Counted from the first letter of the stretch, positions 1-10,223 are shown. The stretch: DNA of 49,708 nt from Verrucomicrobiota bacterium (GCA_038209025.1 JBBQYD010000001.1:1-49708); one strand, 5' to 3'. The notes: generated by a model from the sequence alone, not told the origin. Program-made: numbers and translations.

Positions 1-805
1 CCCGGGTCAGGTATTCGTTGGCGGAATAGACGCCTTTGAAATTCTCACCGGGCACATTCATGAAGACCGGCAGGCCCGCGCCGTTGGCGATGAAAACCGC
101 ATCGTGGCTGTCGCGCAACTCCTGGATGGTGTAGGTGCGTCCGATGACCGTGTTGCAGACAATTTTGACGCCGGCTCGCTCCAGGCGGGCCACCTCGTCC
201 TGCACGATCTTCTTGGGCAGGCGGAATTCGGGGATGCCGTAAACGAGCACGCCGCCGGGCTTGTGCAGGGCTTCGTAAATGGTCACCTGGTGACCGCGGC
301 GGGCGAGTTCCCCGGCCGCCGTAAGACCGCCCGGACCGGCGCCAACGACGGCCACGGTTTTGCCCGAAGCCGGGGCCACCTCCATAGGTACCTGGTCGCC
401 GTGACTGTGCGCCCAATCTCCCACGTACCGTTCCAGGTAGCCAATGGCCACCGGCAGCCCTTTATTGCCCCGAATGCATTCGATCTCGCACTGGGTTTCT
501 TGCGGGCATACCCGGCCGGTGACCGAGGGCAGCGCATTGTCAGCCAGCAAAGATTTTGCGGCTTCGCCCAGTTGGCCCTGAGAGAGGAGTTCGATGAACC
601 TGGGAATATTCACCATTACCGGGCAGCCGGCAACGCATTTGGGATCGCGGCACTGGAGGCAGCGCTCCGCTTCCAGCAGCGCCACCTTCTCCGGCAGGCC
701 CAGGTTGACCTCCCCGAAATTTGCGTTGCGCACCAACGGCTCCTGCTCGGTCATTTTCTGCCGGTCAATCTTCAGCCGCTCACGAGTGGATATTTTAGAA
801 CTCAC
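1..805 (-). CDS. GltD/NfnB-type FAD/NAD(P)-dependent oxidoreductase (glutamate synthase small-subunit-like); 3' end runs off the window
   Basis: The minus-strand frame is open from the window edge to a GTG at 803-805, 4 nt after the upstream gene's stop. The translation contains CLQCRDPKCVAGCP (Fe-S cysteines), VAVVGAGPGGLTAAGELARRGH (Rossmann GxGxxG) and GAGLPVFMNVPGENFKGVYSANEYLTR. It is absent from the ORF track because no stop lies inside the window. Confidence 0.85.
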   Translation of the reverse strand, partial: MSSKISTRERLKIDRQKMTEQEPLVRNANFGEVNLGLPEKVALLEAERCLQCRDPKCVAGCPVMVNIPRFIELLSQGQLGEAAKSLLADNALPSVTGRVCPQETQCEIECIRGNKGLPVAIGYLERYVGDWAHSHGDQVPMEVAPASGKTVAVVGAGPGGLTAAGELARRGHQVTIYEALHKPGGVLVYGIPEFRLPKKIVQDEVARLERAGVKIVCNTVIGRTYTIQELRDSHDAVFIANGAGLPVFMNVPGENFKGVYSANEYLTR

Positions 806-809
806 AAAA

Positions 810-1658
810 TCAAGAGGGTTTGCCAAGGCCGATGCGGCACTGGCCTGACTCGCAGGCGGTCGTCGCTTTTTGTTCAAACTCACGGTAGGTGCCCAACCGG
901 TCCATCAGCAGCTCAAAATCCACCTTGTGCCCGTCAAACTCCGGGCCATCCACGCAGGCGAACAAGGTTTCGTCGCCGATATTGACGCGGCAGCCACCGC
1001 ACATGCCCGTGCCATCCACCATCACCGGGTTGAGGGACACAATCGTATGAACCCCCAGGGGGCGGGTTAGATTTGCCACGGCGCGCATCATGGGCACCGG
1101 GCCAACCGCATAAACGATGTTAATGTTTCCCCCCGATAAAACGTCTTTGGCGGCATCCGTCACAAATCCGTGCCGTCCATAGCTGCCGTCATCGGTGCAG
1201 ACCGTGACGTCTCCCAGGCGCCGGAGTTCGCTCTCGAAGATGACCCACTCCCGTGAGCGCCCGCCAATGATGCTATGCACGGCGATGCCGCGCCGGTGCA
1301 GGCCCTGGGCGATGGGATGCACCACGGCAGTGCCGACGCCTCCGCCAATGCACAGGGCGCGGCCCGACTCAATCATCTCCGTGGGCTTGCCCAGGGGGCC
1401 GGCAATCCCGCCGATGCTTTGGCCGGGTTCGAGCGCCACAAGGTCGCGCGTGCTCTTGCCCACCGCCTGGATGACCAGGGCAATGGTGCCGGTTTCAGGG
1501 TTGGCATCCGCAATCGTCAACGGAATACGTTCCGCGCCCTCCGCCAGGTGAACAATCACAAATTGCCCCGGTTGGCGAATCTGGGCGACTCGCGGTGCGA
1601 TCACATCCAAACGGGTTACGTTTGGACTTAGGTGTGTCTTTGAAACGACCTGATGCAT
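810..1658 (-). CDS. NfnA/SudB-type ferredoxin-NADP reductase-like small subunit (FAD/NAD-binding, 2Fe-2S)
   Basis: 282-aa ORF with RIPLTIA (FAD), CIGGGVGTA (NAD(P)) and a C-terminal MCGGCRV...FACVDGPEF cysteine cluster. It is tightly coupled to the GltD-like gene downstream, the classic NfnAB/SudAB pairing. Confidence 0.85.
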   Translation of the reverse strand: MHQVVSKTHLSPNVTRLDVIAPRVAQIRQPGQFVIVHLAEGAERIPLTIADANPETGTIALVIQAVGKSTRDLVALEPGQSIGGIAGPLGKPTEMIESGRALCIGGGVGTAVVHPIAQGLHRRGIAVHSIIGGRSREWVIFESELRRLGDVTVCTDDGSYGRHGFVTDAAKDVLSGGNINIVYAVGPVPMMRAVANLTRPLGVHTIVSLNPVMVDGTGMCGGCRVNIGDETLFACVDGPEFDGHKVDFELLMDRLGTYREFEQKATTACESGQCRIGLGKPS

Positions 1659-2053
1659 GCTATTCTTTTCTTTGCGGGCGGGCCGTCATGCACACTGGCC
1701 AGTTGGCGCATTTCCGGATCCCGCCTGGCCTCTATAAGCCTTCAGAATAATGCAAATCATACGCGCCCAAGTCAATGGCGGTGAGTTCTTCCTCCGCAAT
1801 TATTCTGGCCCGGGTCTTGATGCCGGGAGCGAATCTCCGGAAGGGGTTGGCAAGGCCAGGAGATATGCCGGTGTTCCCCGCCCCGGATCTGCCTTCCGCA
1901 GGCAGCACTGATACGGGCGACTCCGCGAGCATCCGATCAGGTGGAGGGCGGGCGCGGCGAGTGACGCGCAGCCATCACCCAACCGGCCGGCGCGCGATCG
2001 CGGAGTTGAATTGCTTTGACACGGCGTCCGGATACCGGTAGCGAAGTGTCCCC

Positions 2054-2650
2054 ATGAACAGCAAATTTATCTTCGTATGCACGGCGGGTCTTCTGCTCAG
2101 CAGCCTGCCGCTGGTGGCGCAGCCAGTTTTGCCCCCGGCCGCCGGTCCGCGCACCTCCTTGTTCGATGGGAAAACCCTCAAAGGCTGGGAGGTGCTGAAA
2201 TGTGAAGCCGCCGTCGAGAACGGCAGTATTCTGATCAAAGGGGGAAACGGAGTGGTGCAAACCGGGAGGAAATACAGCGATTTCATTTTCGAATATGAAT
2301 GGAAGCCGCTGAAGGCGGACGCGTGGGACAGCGGCGTCTATTTTCGCTATGACTCCATCCCCACCAATCAACCGTGGCCCCGCCGGTATCAGGCAAATCT
2401 GAGGAAAGGCGATGAAGGGAATGTGGGCGGTCTCAAAGGGGCCACCAGCCACGGACTGTGCAAGGATGGCGAATGGAACAAATTCAAACTCACCGTGAAG
2501 GGGACGACCGCCGCGATGGATATAAATGACCAGCCGGCCTGGAAAGGTGATGGGCTGGAGGATCCCAACGGGTTTATTTCCCTTCAATGCGAAGTGCCGG
2601 GTGGGGGACAATGTCTCTTCCGGAATATTTACATCACGGAACTTAAGTGA
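2054..2650 (+). CDS. Secreted DUF1080 (3-keto-disaccharide hydrolase-like, PF06439-type) lectin-fold protein
   Basis: 198-aa ORF with an ATG start and a signal peptide (LLLSSLPLVAQP). The LFDGKTLKGWE ... FISLQ ... FRNIYITEL pattern is typical of DUF1080. Confidence 0.8.
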   Translation: MNSKFIFVCTAGLLLSSLPLVAQPVLPPAAGPRTSLFDGKTLKGWEVLKCEAAVENGSILIKGGNGVVQTGRKYSDFIFEYEWKPLKADAWDSGVYFRYDSIPTNQPWPRRYQANLRKGDEGNVGGLKGATSHGLCKDGEWNKFKLTVKGTTAAMDINDQPAWKGDGLEDPNGFISLQCEVPGGGQCLFRNIYITELK

Positions 2651-2776
2651 CCAGCCAAGGAGAGCATGGTGGCGCTTTGGGCCCGGGATCATCTGTCACC
2701 ATGAACGATTCCGCACCGCTGCCCGCCACGACCCCGGCATGGCGGGTCTTGCAACCGATCACCAGAAGGCTCAGCC

Positions 2777-5527
2777 ATGGGTAACGGCCATTTGCGAAAG
2801 AGCCTGGCCTTTCTGGCGGTGGGGCAGGTCATGCTGGCGGTGGCCGTCACGGGCGCGGTCGGGGAGAAGGTGTCCGCGCGCCGGGCCCGCCTGGGCGCCG
2901 GGCCGTTGAGGCTCGAAGTGCGTGAAGAGCCGTCCGGGGTGGCAATTTCTTTGAAGGATTTGCGGGCGTTCGAGTATGCCGGCGGCAGCGCCTGCTACAA
3001 ACTGGAGCTGAGGGATGGCCGGACCCTCCAGCCGCGCCCGGCGATTACCGTGAACAACCGGAACCGGGTGGTTGTAACCGCCAGGTCTCCCGAGATCGAG
3101 TTGACTCACGAAATCTCCGTCTCGCCGGGGAAGGACGGATTCATCGAACGCATTCGGGTGGTTAACACCGGCCGGGAACGCCTGGAAATTAACGATTACC
3201 GGTTTGGACTGCGGCGCTCACAAACTCTCCCCGGCGATCTGCGAGCGGTGGCGGTTCCTTTCCGCCGACAGGCGGATGGGCGCCTGCGCGATTGGAGCCT
3301 GGATGAGATCATGGCCGGCAAAGGGGCCAACTCCGACTGGCAAAACGACCCCGCGGTGTCCCGGCAAACCGTGCTGGATTCAGCTCGTGGGCGGCTTCGT
3401 TCAGAAGGGTGGATTTTGACCGATGGCCGGACGGGGTTGCTCGTGGCGAAGTATAACCAGGAGGACATTGAGTTCGCCATGCTCGACGCGGAGGGCGGCC
3501 CCCGGCCAGGCTTGATTTTCGGCGGCTCGGGGCCGGGATTGTACGGCGAGCCTGAGTCGCTGCGCTCGCTGGCTCCGGGGCAGTCGGTAACCCTTGGCAG
3601 CACGTATTACCTTTCCGTGGAGGGCGGCTGGCCGGCGGGCTATGCGCGGTTCCGTCAGTTGCTCAACGACCTGGGCCACGGGTTGGCGAAGAGTTACGAT
3701 CCGCCGGTCAATTGGAACGAACTGTTCGATGTCGGTTGGTACCACTCTGACGCCGCCGGATTGGCGAAGCATTACACGCGGCAGGCCTTGCTGGACGAGG
3801 CCAGGAAAGCGGCGGCCATCGGGGCCAAACTCCTCTACCTGGATCCCGGCTGGGAGGTATGCGAGGGCACCAGCCGGTGGGGGGAGGACCGGTTGGGAAC
3901 GGTGTCGAGCCTGGTCCAGGAACTGCGAGAACGTTACGGGCTGGGACTTGGGTTTCGCACCATTGGCCGGGTGTACCGCGACGAGTTCCCGCCGGATTGG
4001 TATCGGCAGGCAACGGCGGATCCGCGGCCGTACGAGCGGGCGTGTCTGAACCGGCCGGCCGCGCCCCAACCGGTACCGGACCAGGATGAACGCGGGTCGC
4101 GCAACCTGGCCCGTCTGGCGGGAGCCCGGGCCGAAGCCTCCTCGGTGCTGCCCGGTTATGATATTCACCGCATCGAACACTTGAACGATGGCTGGTATGG
4201 CAACAGCGCCAGTTGGATCTCCGCCGGCGAGCCCTCGTGGGCGCAGATTGACCTCGGCTCGACTCAGCGGATCGACAAGGTGCGAATCGGCAGCGAACAT
4301 TTGCCGCACTTCGGGGATCGCGCCGCCAAGACCGTTCGCATTATGCTCGCCGACAGTCCGGCACCCGCTGGCGGAGGGAGCCTTGGATGGCGGGTCGTGG
4401 CGGAGCGACTCGCGGCGCCGCTCCACGAAACGACGACGTTCACGTTTCCTCCACAAGCGGCCCGCGTTGTCCGCATTGAGGTGGCGGCGGCGGAGAACGG
4501 CAATGTGCGGCTCGACGAAATCGAGGTCTATGAGGCCGTGCCGCAGGCATGGGAGGAACCACCTCGCCGCCGAATCCTCGTGCCCGAGAACGCGCCCTGC
4601 GAGCCCATCGCCTTTTGGGAGGTATGCACTCAGAATCCCGTCTGGCAGCAGGAGAAACTTCGCCGGCTGGAGCGGATCGCCGGGCAAGGCATGCGGTTCA
4701 TGATGTTCGACGAGTTCGACTGGCGGGGACCCTGCTTCTCGTCCCAACACGGCCACCCGGTGCCGTCAACGCCGGAGGGGCACGTGCGAGCGGTGTATGG
4801 ACTGATCCGCCAACTCAAGCAGCGGGTGCCCGGCATCCTGGTGGAGGCGCACGATCCGGTCTGGCCGTGGGGCGTGCGGTATCTGCCCGTCTATTTCGAC
4901 CAGACGCTCGATGCGTCGCGGCGAACGGGATCCTACGAGGAAAACTGGGGCTTCGAATTCATGTGGAAGCCCATCGACGATCTCTTGTCGGGCCGCGCCC
5001 TGTGTCTCTACTACTACAATCTCGCGTGCGACATCCCGCTCTATGACCACATCACGGCAGAACACGACAACGACGCCTGCCTGGGGTTTTGGTGGTACGC
5101 ATCAACAATCCGTCATCTGGGAATCGGCGGTCAGAAAGGGCTCGATTCAAAGCAGGTGAATGAATCCCGGTGGCAGGCCTATCTCAAGGCGATGGCGCAA
5201 TATGGACGCCTGCGGGATTGGTTGGTGCGGGGCCGCTTTGTGGGTGTTGATGAGTGGACCCATCTCCACGTGCTGGATGGCCGTTCCGGCGGTGTGCTCG
5301 TAGCCTTCAATCTGAGCGAGCAACCGGTGGAGAAGACCATCCTCCTCAAGTCTGGCGACTTGGGCCTCGGCAAAGGCGAACCGCCGGTGGCGGGCGCGCG
5401 GGCGAAACGGGTGGGCGCCGAACTGGAACTGTCGATGACCATCGCGCCGCGGAGCCCCTTGGTGGTTGAGATCGGGGCGGCGGTTGGATCAGTGACCCCG
5501 GCCGCTGCCGCCCACCGGCCGAAATGA
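2777..5527 (+). CDS. Glycosidase-like TIM-barrel protein with an inserted F5/8 type C (discoidin/CBM32-like) domain; family unassigned
   Basis: 916-aa ORF. The motifs LLYLDPGWEV and MRFMMFDEFDWRG ... LVEAHDP resemble clan GH-D barrels. Between them, NDGWYGNSASWISAGEPSWAQIDLGSTQRIDKVRIG ... RLDEIEVYE is a discoidin-type module. The exact start is uncertain. Confidence 0.6.
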   Translation: MGNGHLRKSLAFLAVGQVMLAVAVTGAVGEKVSARRARLGAGPLRLEVREEPSGVAISLKDLRAFEYAGGSACYKLELRDGRTLQPRPAITVNNRNRVVVTARSPEIELTHEISVSPGKDGFIERIRVVNTGRERLEINDYRFGLRRSQTLPGDLRAVAVPFRRQADGRLRDWSLDEIMAGKGANSDWQNDPAVSRQTVLDSARGRLRSEGWILTDGRTGLLVAKYNQEDIEFAMLDAEGGPRPGLIFGGSGPGLYGEPESLRSLAPGQSVTLGSTYYLSVEGGWPAGYARFRQLLNDLGHGLAKSYDPPVNWNELFDVGWYHSDAAGLAKHYTRQALLDEARKAAAIGAKLLYLDPGWEVCEGTSRWGEDRLGTVSSLVQELRERYGLGLGFRTIGRVYRDEFPPDWYRQATADPRPYERACLNRPAAPQPVPDQDERGSRNLARLAGARAEASSVLPGYDIHRIEHLNDGWYGNSASWISAGEPSWAQIDLGSTQRIDKVRIGSEHLPHFGDRAAKTVRIMLADSPAPAGGGSLGWRVVAERLAAPLHETTTFTFPPQAARVVRIEVAAAENGNVRLDEIEVYEAVPQAWEEPPRRRILVPENAPCEPIAFWEVCTQNPVWQQEKLRRLERIAGQGMRFMMFDEFDWRGPCFSSQHGHPVPSTPEGHVRAVYGLIRQLKQRVPGILVEAHDPVWPWGVRYLPVYFDQTLDASRRTGSYEENWGFEFMWKPIDDLLSGRALCLYYYNLACDIPLYDHITAEHDNDACLGFWWYASTIRHLGIGGQKGLDSKQVNESRWQAYLKAMAQYGRLRDWLVRGRFVGVDEWTHLHVLDGRSGGVLVAFNLSEQPVEKTILLKSGDLGLGKGEPPVAGARAKRVGAELELSMTIAPRSPLVVEIGAAVGSVTPAAAAHRPK

Positions 5528-5573
5528 TGAGGTCTGCCCCCCGCCAGGCCGCCAGCCGGGCGCGGGCATCGGC

Positions 5574-6371
5574 TTACTCCGGATCCCACATCCACCGGGG
5601 GTCGTATTTGCCATTGCCTCCGAGTTCCGGCAGACCCGTCGCCGCGGCGCCGGAGGAGTCTTTGCCGGGGAAATACTGGAAACCCAAGGTGCTGACGCGC
5701 ACGGCGGCGGCGTGGCCATCGGCATACGCTCCCACGCATCGCTGGTTATGCCGGTTGACGGCGCGTTGAGGATCCGAGGCGTAGTAACCGCCTGACAAAT
5801 CATTCAAGGGTGTGCGGAAATATAGTTGCTGCTTATTCTTCGTTTCCACCCACAAATCCGGTTTGGTCTCCGTGGGATTGGCGATGAGTCCCGCATCGGC
5901 CATGATCAGCGTGTCCACGGGCTGTCTGATGCGCGAGATCTTTACGGGGTCAACCAGCCAGCGGCCGATGTCGGGATGGTTCATGGCAATGCCGAAACCA
6001 TTGCCCACGGACACGCAGCCAAGGAGGTTGGTAGTGTTTTGATAAGGGCGAAGCAAATCCGGCCACCAGGTGCAGGCGGCCGGGAAAAACGACCCGGGCG
6101 GCGACGCCGCGTTGGCGGCCAGCATGACAATGTGGTCCCGGTTGTCATGCTCGTACATCTTCATGCTCAGGCAGGTTTGATGCATGTTGTTGAGACAGGT
6201 AGTCGCCTTTGCCTTTTCCTTCGCCTTGTTCAAGGCCGGCAGCAGCATGGCCGCCAGAATGGCGATGATGGCGATGACCACCAGCAACTCGATCAAGGTG
6301 AAACCCGGGCCGAACAACCGTTGCCGGGGCTCGGATTCCACAGGCAACCCCGTTTGTGGCTTTGCGTTCAT
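5574..6371 (-). CDS. Prepilin-type N-terminal cleavage/methylation domain protein, H-X9-DG class (TIGR04294/DUF1559-like pseudopilin)
   Basis: ATG at 6371. The leader is [25 protein letters not shown] and the C-terminal [12 protein letters not shown] fits H-X9-DG exactly. Confidence 0.85.
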   Translation of the reverse strand: MNAKPQTGLPVESEPRQRLFGPGFTLIELLVVIAIIAILAAMLLPALNKAKEKAKATTCLNNMHQTCLSMKMYEHDNRDHIVMLAANAASPPGSFFPAACTWWPDLLRPYQNTTNLLGCVSVGNGFGIAMNHPDIGRWLVDPVKISRIRQPVDTLIMADAGLIANPTETKPDLWVETKNKQQLYFRTPLNDLSGGYYASDPQRAVNRHNQRCVGAYADGHAAAVRVSTLGFQYFPGKDSSGAAATGLPELGGNGKYDPRWMWDPE

Positions 6372-6536
6372 ATGGGTGTCAGCGCCGCCAGCATACTAAA
6401 TGAACAAAAGACAGGGAATACAAAAATTACCCAATCTGGCGCTCGCACCCATTCGCATGGCGTTGGCTCCCACGGAACAAACGGTTGCGAAAACGGCCGG
6501 AAGTTGCATTGATCTCCGCCCCGCCAACCAGCCATA

Positions 6537-7637
6537 ATGTGGGGCATGAACTTAAGATTTCCGCGGCCGGAGCTTGCGCCCTTTCACCCATGGCTTCCCC
6601 TGTTGCCGCTGCTCGCGGCGGCCGCCCTGCTTGGCGGTTGTGTCCATAAGCCCGCCGAAGGGCGGGCGGAATTTCAGGCGGGCGAATCCCTGGTTCTGGT
6701 GGGGGAAGAGCCCACGAGGCTGGCGTTTGCGCCGCTTCGCTCACGCCCCTTTTCTCTCCGCAGCACGTATCGGGAACAGTTGCCCCAGACCGTTCAATAT
6801 GAATTGGGGCGTGATTACCTGCTGGAGGCAGACGGCCAGATAAGGCGGTCACGCGGTTCGCGGATTCCGGATTTCGGCACCAACATGCTCTACGGCAAGG
6901 AGGATTTTCGCCACGATCAGTTTCCGGGTTTTGGGAACGGCAGGTTTTTCGTGTACGCGGATTATTTTCACCGGGAGAAGTGGCAGGTGCCGGCCGCGCG
7001 GCCTGAGTTGGGCGCGGCGTGTCTGCCGGTTACCCGCGAGAAACTGCGCGCCGGCAAGAGCGTGCGCATGATTGCGTTTGGCGACAGCATCACCGCGGGC
7101 GGGGATGCGTCGGAACCCAGCCTGATTTTCTGGGAGCGCTACGCCGGCTCGCTGCGAGCCAAGTATCCCAAGGCGTCCATCGAAAGCGTTAACGGCGCGA
7201 CGGGCGGCGACACGACCGTGCAGGGCCTGCAGCGGTTGCAGGAAAAAGTCCTCCAGCAGAAACCCGATCTGGTGCTGGTGGGCTTTGGCATGAACGACCA
7301 CAACCGGGAAGGGTTTGGAGTGCCGCTGCAGGCCTTTGCCGCAAATCTTGGCACGATCATCGACCGCATTCGGGCCGATGGCGCGGAGGTCATTTTATTC
7401 TCCGCGTTCCCGCCCAATCCGAAATGGCATTACGGATCACACCAGATGGAGGCGTATGCGGCGGCAACGGAACAGGTGGCCAGGGATAAGCACTGCGCTT
7501 TTGCCGCCGTGTATGAGCTATGGATGGGCATTGCCGAACGCAAAAATACGGAAGACCTGCTGGCCAACAACATCAATCACCCTAACGATTTCGGCCATTA
7601 CCTCTATTTCCGGGCTCTGGAGGCGTTGGGATTGTGA
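6537..7637 (+). CDS. SGNH/GDSL-family hydrolase lipoprotein
   Basis: Lipobox LLGGC near the N-terminus, then IAFGDSITAGG (block I Ser), GFGMNDH (block III) and NHPNDFGH (block V Asp/His). Confidence 0.8.
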   Translation: MWGMNLRFPRPELAPFHPWLPLLPLLAAAALLGGCVHKPAEGRAEFQAGESLVLVGEEPTRLAFAPLRSRPFSLRSTYREQLPQTVQYELGRDYLLEADGQIRRSRGSRIPDFGTNMLYGKEDFRHDQFPGFGNGRFFVYADYFHREKWQVPAARPELGAACLPVTREKLRAGKSVRMIAFGDSITAGGDASEPSLIFWERYAGSLRAKYPKASIESVNGATGGDTTVQGLQRLQEKVLQQKPDLVLVGFGMNDHNREGFGVPLQAFAANLGTIIDRIRADGAEVILFSAFPPNPKWHYGSHQMEAYAAATEQVARDKHCAFAAVYELWMGIAERKNTEDLLANNINHPNDFGHYLYFRALEALGL

Positions 7638-7719
7638 TGAGCGCATGATTCGCCGGCCCAACGGTCACCGCGCCCGGAAATGTTGCGCTTCCCCTCCCGG
7701 GTGGCGAGCGGCGTTCGGG

Positions 7720-9789
7720 TCACCTTGACCCGGTCGAGGGCTTCAACCGGGCTTCCAGGCCGTCACACAACCGCAACGCCGCCTGCTCGTAGGCCTTGTC
7801 GGCCGCGGCTTGCGCGGCTGCTTCCAGCGGTTTGATGCTGCCTGCCCTTTGGAGTTCGCGCCGGCTTCGGAGCGACTCAATAGCCTGCAAAGCCAGGGTT
7901 GCATGCGCCGCCTCATAGCTGTCGGCGAGGCCATCGGAGATCAGGCGCCGATGCAAGGACCGAACCTTGTCCTCCCGCTGTTCCAACTCAGCCGAAAGCA
8001 ACCCTGCTGACGACCCCCGCGGCGGTGTCGATGCCGCGGGCGTTAGCTTGCTTTGATTGGGCGGCGCCCCCAACCTGGCGCCCCCCAGCGCGATTTGTAC
8101 GGTTGCCTTCGCGGGCGTTTGGTCAAAGGGGAGAAAGACCGTGCGCGAGTCAAAGTATTTCCATTTCCGGCCGTTGACTTTCACACCGGTGACCGGCCCG
8201 CGGCCCACGGTCGAAAGGTAAACGCGTTTGGCGCCGAACCGCACGGGATCACGCTGCTCCAACTCTCCCAAACCCGGAGGGATATGCGGGATGATCGTCA
8301 ATCCATCCGCGCGATACAGGTATTCGAACAGCCCGCGCATGAACGCGGCCGCCGGCCCAAAGGCGTCATAGCACAGATTGATGGGCTCCCTGGGTTGGTA
8401 AACTTCGCTGCCGCACTTGGTCAACGGGTTGTCCATTCTGAATCGCTCGGCAAAGCCGAGTATCTTGCTCATGGAACGCCGGGCGTCCTCGAATTGTCCG
8501 AGCCGGTAGTAGGCCAGGACCATGCGCGCTTCGCAGGTGGACCAGTGCCCGCCGTTAACCCAGGTGCCATAGCCCCAAAGACCCTCGGGCTTTTCGTACA
8601 TGTCATCATAGGACGGGTGGTTGGGCAGGATGAAATGATGCGGACGCAAGCCGGGGATCGACGCCATCTTTTCAAAAATGCGGGTGGCCTGCGCATCATC
8701 AACCACGCGGAAGGCGATGGCATCGTGATTCGGCGACGCCTCAAAGTACCCATGCCGCTCCGCCCCATACACTCCGTGCTTCACGCCGTCCGGGTCGAGG
8801 GACCGGATGAAATAGCCTTCTCCGGCAACCAGCCGGGGGAGGCCTTGCCGAGCCAGGTGACGGCGCAACCCCAGCGCCATGGCTTCATCCTGGCGGCCAG
8901 CCAGTTTCTCCAGTTCGATCAGACGGTCCAGCGCCGCAATGTAGGTAATCGACAGGCCAGCCAGATAAGCTTTTCCGTAGGTGCCATCCGGCCGCCTCCA
9001 GCCCGCGTAACTCGGCGCCAGCAGGTTCCCCGCCGGACCGGCCAGGTAAAGGTTGTTGGTCGGATCGCGCCTGGTCTCAATAAAGCCCGCGCACCGCTCG
9101 AGCATTGGCAAATAACGCCGAATCGCCTCGGGGTCGCGGCTGATCAACAGCAGCTCGGATTGCAGCAGCAGGCCTGCCGCCGTGAACTCCATGCCCCAGT
9201 CATGAATCCCCACTCTGCCGTCCCCTTGTTTATAAACAATCCAGCCGGGTCGGGCCGCATCGCATAAACAGCCATCGGGCGCCACCCAATCAAAGGGTGG
9301 CGCGGCCCCAACCCGTTTGCCGTCGCCCATTTGGCCGAACCACAAGTCCTGTGAATTCTGCAGGAATGTCACGAAGGGCTCGCGCAGCAAGGGCAGTATG
9401 CTGTAGGTGGTCCCATAGGAATTCTGGATCCACCACGCATCCCAGGTGGGGCCTTCCACCAGCCCATTCCATTTGGGCTCATACAGCATGCTCAGATTCT
9501 GCAATTCCGGATCGGGCTCAAACATGCGGCGGGCCGTTTCCAGCAGGCGGACATATTCCACATCGCCTGCGCCGCGGTAGTGCCTGCCCTCAAATCGCCC
9601 GGAGTCGCGTTCGGCGGAGTGGAGTCGGTTGCCGGGCACGATTGCCATTAGGATGGCGCACACCAGGAAGGTGACACGGCGAATGGCCGCTCCGGTCCGG
9701 GCGATTAATGTCCGCCCGAGTGACGGGGGCGGGGCAGTACAATTCAGCGCGGCACGCCTGCGGATAAACTTTCCAACAGCCTGGATCAT
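7720..9789 (-). CDS. Six-hairpin (alpha/alpha)6 glycosidase-like protein, family unassigned
   Basis: Long ORF with helix-rich repeats and WVNGGHWSTCEARMVLAYYRLGQFEDA, typical of toroid glycosidases. The start is placed at the ATG at 9789, giving a hydrophobic N-terminus (VTFLVCAILMAIV). The track's 9915 start would overlap the transposase remnant on the other strand. Confidence 0.55.
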   Translation of the reverse strand: MIQAVGKFIRRRAALNCTAPPPSLGRTLIARTGAAIRRVTFLVCAILMAIVPGNRLHSAERDSGRFEGRHYRGAGDVEYVRLLETARRMFEPDPELQNLSMLYEPKWNGLVEGPTWDAWWIQNSYGTTYSILPLLREPFVTFLQNSQDLWFGQMGDGKRVGAAPPFDWVAPDGCLCDAARPGWIVYKQGDGRVGIHDWGMEFTAAGLLLQSELLLISRDPEAIRRYLPMLERCAGFIETRRDPTNNLYLAGPAGNLLAPSYAGWRRPDGTYGKAYLAGLSITYIAALDRLIELEKLAGRQDEAMALGLRRHLARQGLPRLVAGEGYFIRSLDPDGVKHGVYGAERHGYFEASPNHDAIAFRVVDDAQATRIFEKMASIPGLRPHHFILPNHPSYDDMYEKPEGLWGYGTWVNGGHWSTCEARMVLAYYRLGQFEDARRSMSKILGFAERFRMDNPLTKCGSEVYQPREPINLCYDAFGPAAAFMRGLFEYLYRADGLTIIPHIPPGLGELEQRDPVRFGAKRVYLSTVGRGPVTGVKVNGRKWKYFDSRTVFLPFDQTPAKATVQIALGGARLGAPPNQSKLTPAASTPPRGSSAGLLSAELEQREDKVRSLHRRLISDGLADSYEAAHATLALQAIESLRSRRELQRAGSIKPLEAAAQAAADKAYEQAALRLCDGLEARLKPSTGSR

Positions 9790-9843
9790 GCCTCCAGCAA
9801 AACGGAGCTCAGGCTGGATGACAAGCAGTAAAACGCGAGGTCG

Positions 9844-10104
9844 GTGACGAGCGGGCGCTACAGATCTCTCCTGATCGAGGGCGGCGGCACCGGCTATCTC
9901 AAGAGCGCCGGCCAAGAGCTAAAGCGCCTGGGGTGGCGGGAGGGCGAACTGAGCCAACGGCCCAAAAACGACCCGGCCAAGCTGGCGCTGGCGGCGCGGT
10001 TGCGCCAGGAAACCACGCTGGCGTTGCCATGGATTGCAACCCGGCTCAAGATGGGAACCTGGAAGAGCCTTCACGCCAAGCTGCCGTGGCGGCGGACTGC
10101 TTGA
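9844..10104 (+). pseudogene. C-terminal remnant of a RayT-like (REP-associated, IS200/Y1-type) transposase
   Basis: ELKRLGWREGELSQRPKNDPAKLALAARLRQETTLALPWIATRLKMGTWKSLHAKL matches, from memory, the HTH tail of PVC and deltaproteobacterial REP-associated transposases. No catalytic N-terminal part is present. Confidence 0.5.
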
Positions 10105-10223
10105 GGAAAACCACTGAACCCAAAATGCCTTGGAACCCATTTTCGCATTTCGTTGGAAGGCGGTTGCAAACCTTGCCTCTTCCGAGGTTTCACCATGGGT
10201 TATGAAAGGGCGTGCTGGCCCCC

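Noticed and set aside
104-985. Long ORFs antisense to, or out of frame with, real genes. Examples are 104-985, 3401-4756, 8053-9267, 14277-15659, 16522-17274, 19699-20751, 26861-27445, 41970-43067, 47497-48432 and 48460-49491.
   Set aside because: Their translations are Arg/Pro/Gly/Ala-rich and low in complexity, and each overlaps a gene with clear family motifs on the other strand or frame. These are the shadow ORFs expected in GC-rich DNA.
1732-1932. 66-aa minus-strand ORF in the NfnA/DUF1080 divergent intergenic region (ends ...RARIIAEEELTAIDLGAYDLHYSEGL).
   Set aside because: Only the last 25 or so residues look protein-like. The remainder is low complexity with a REP-like NPFRRF signature, and there is no supporting context.
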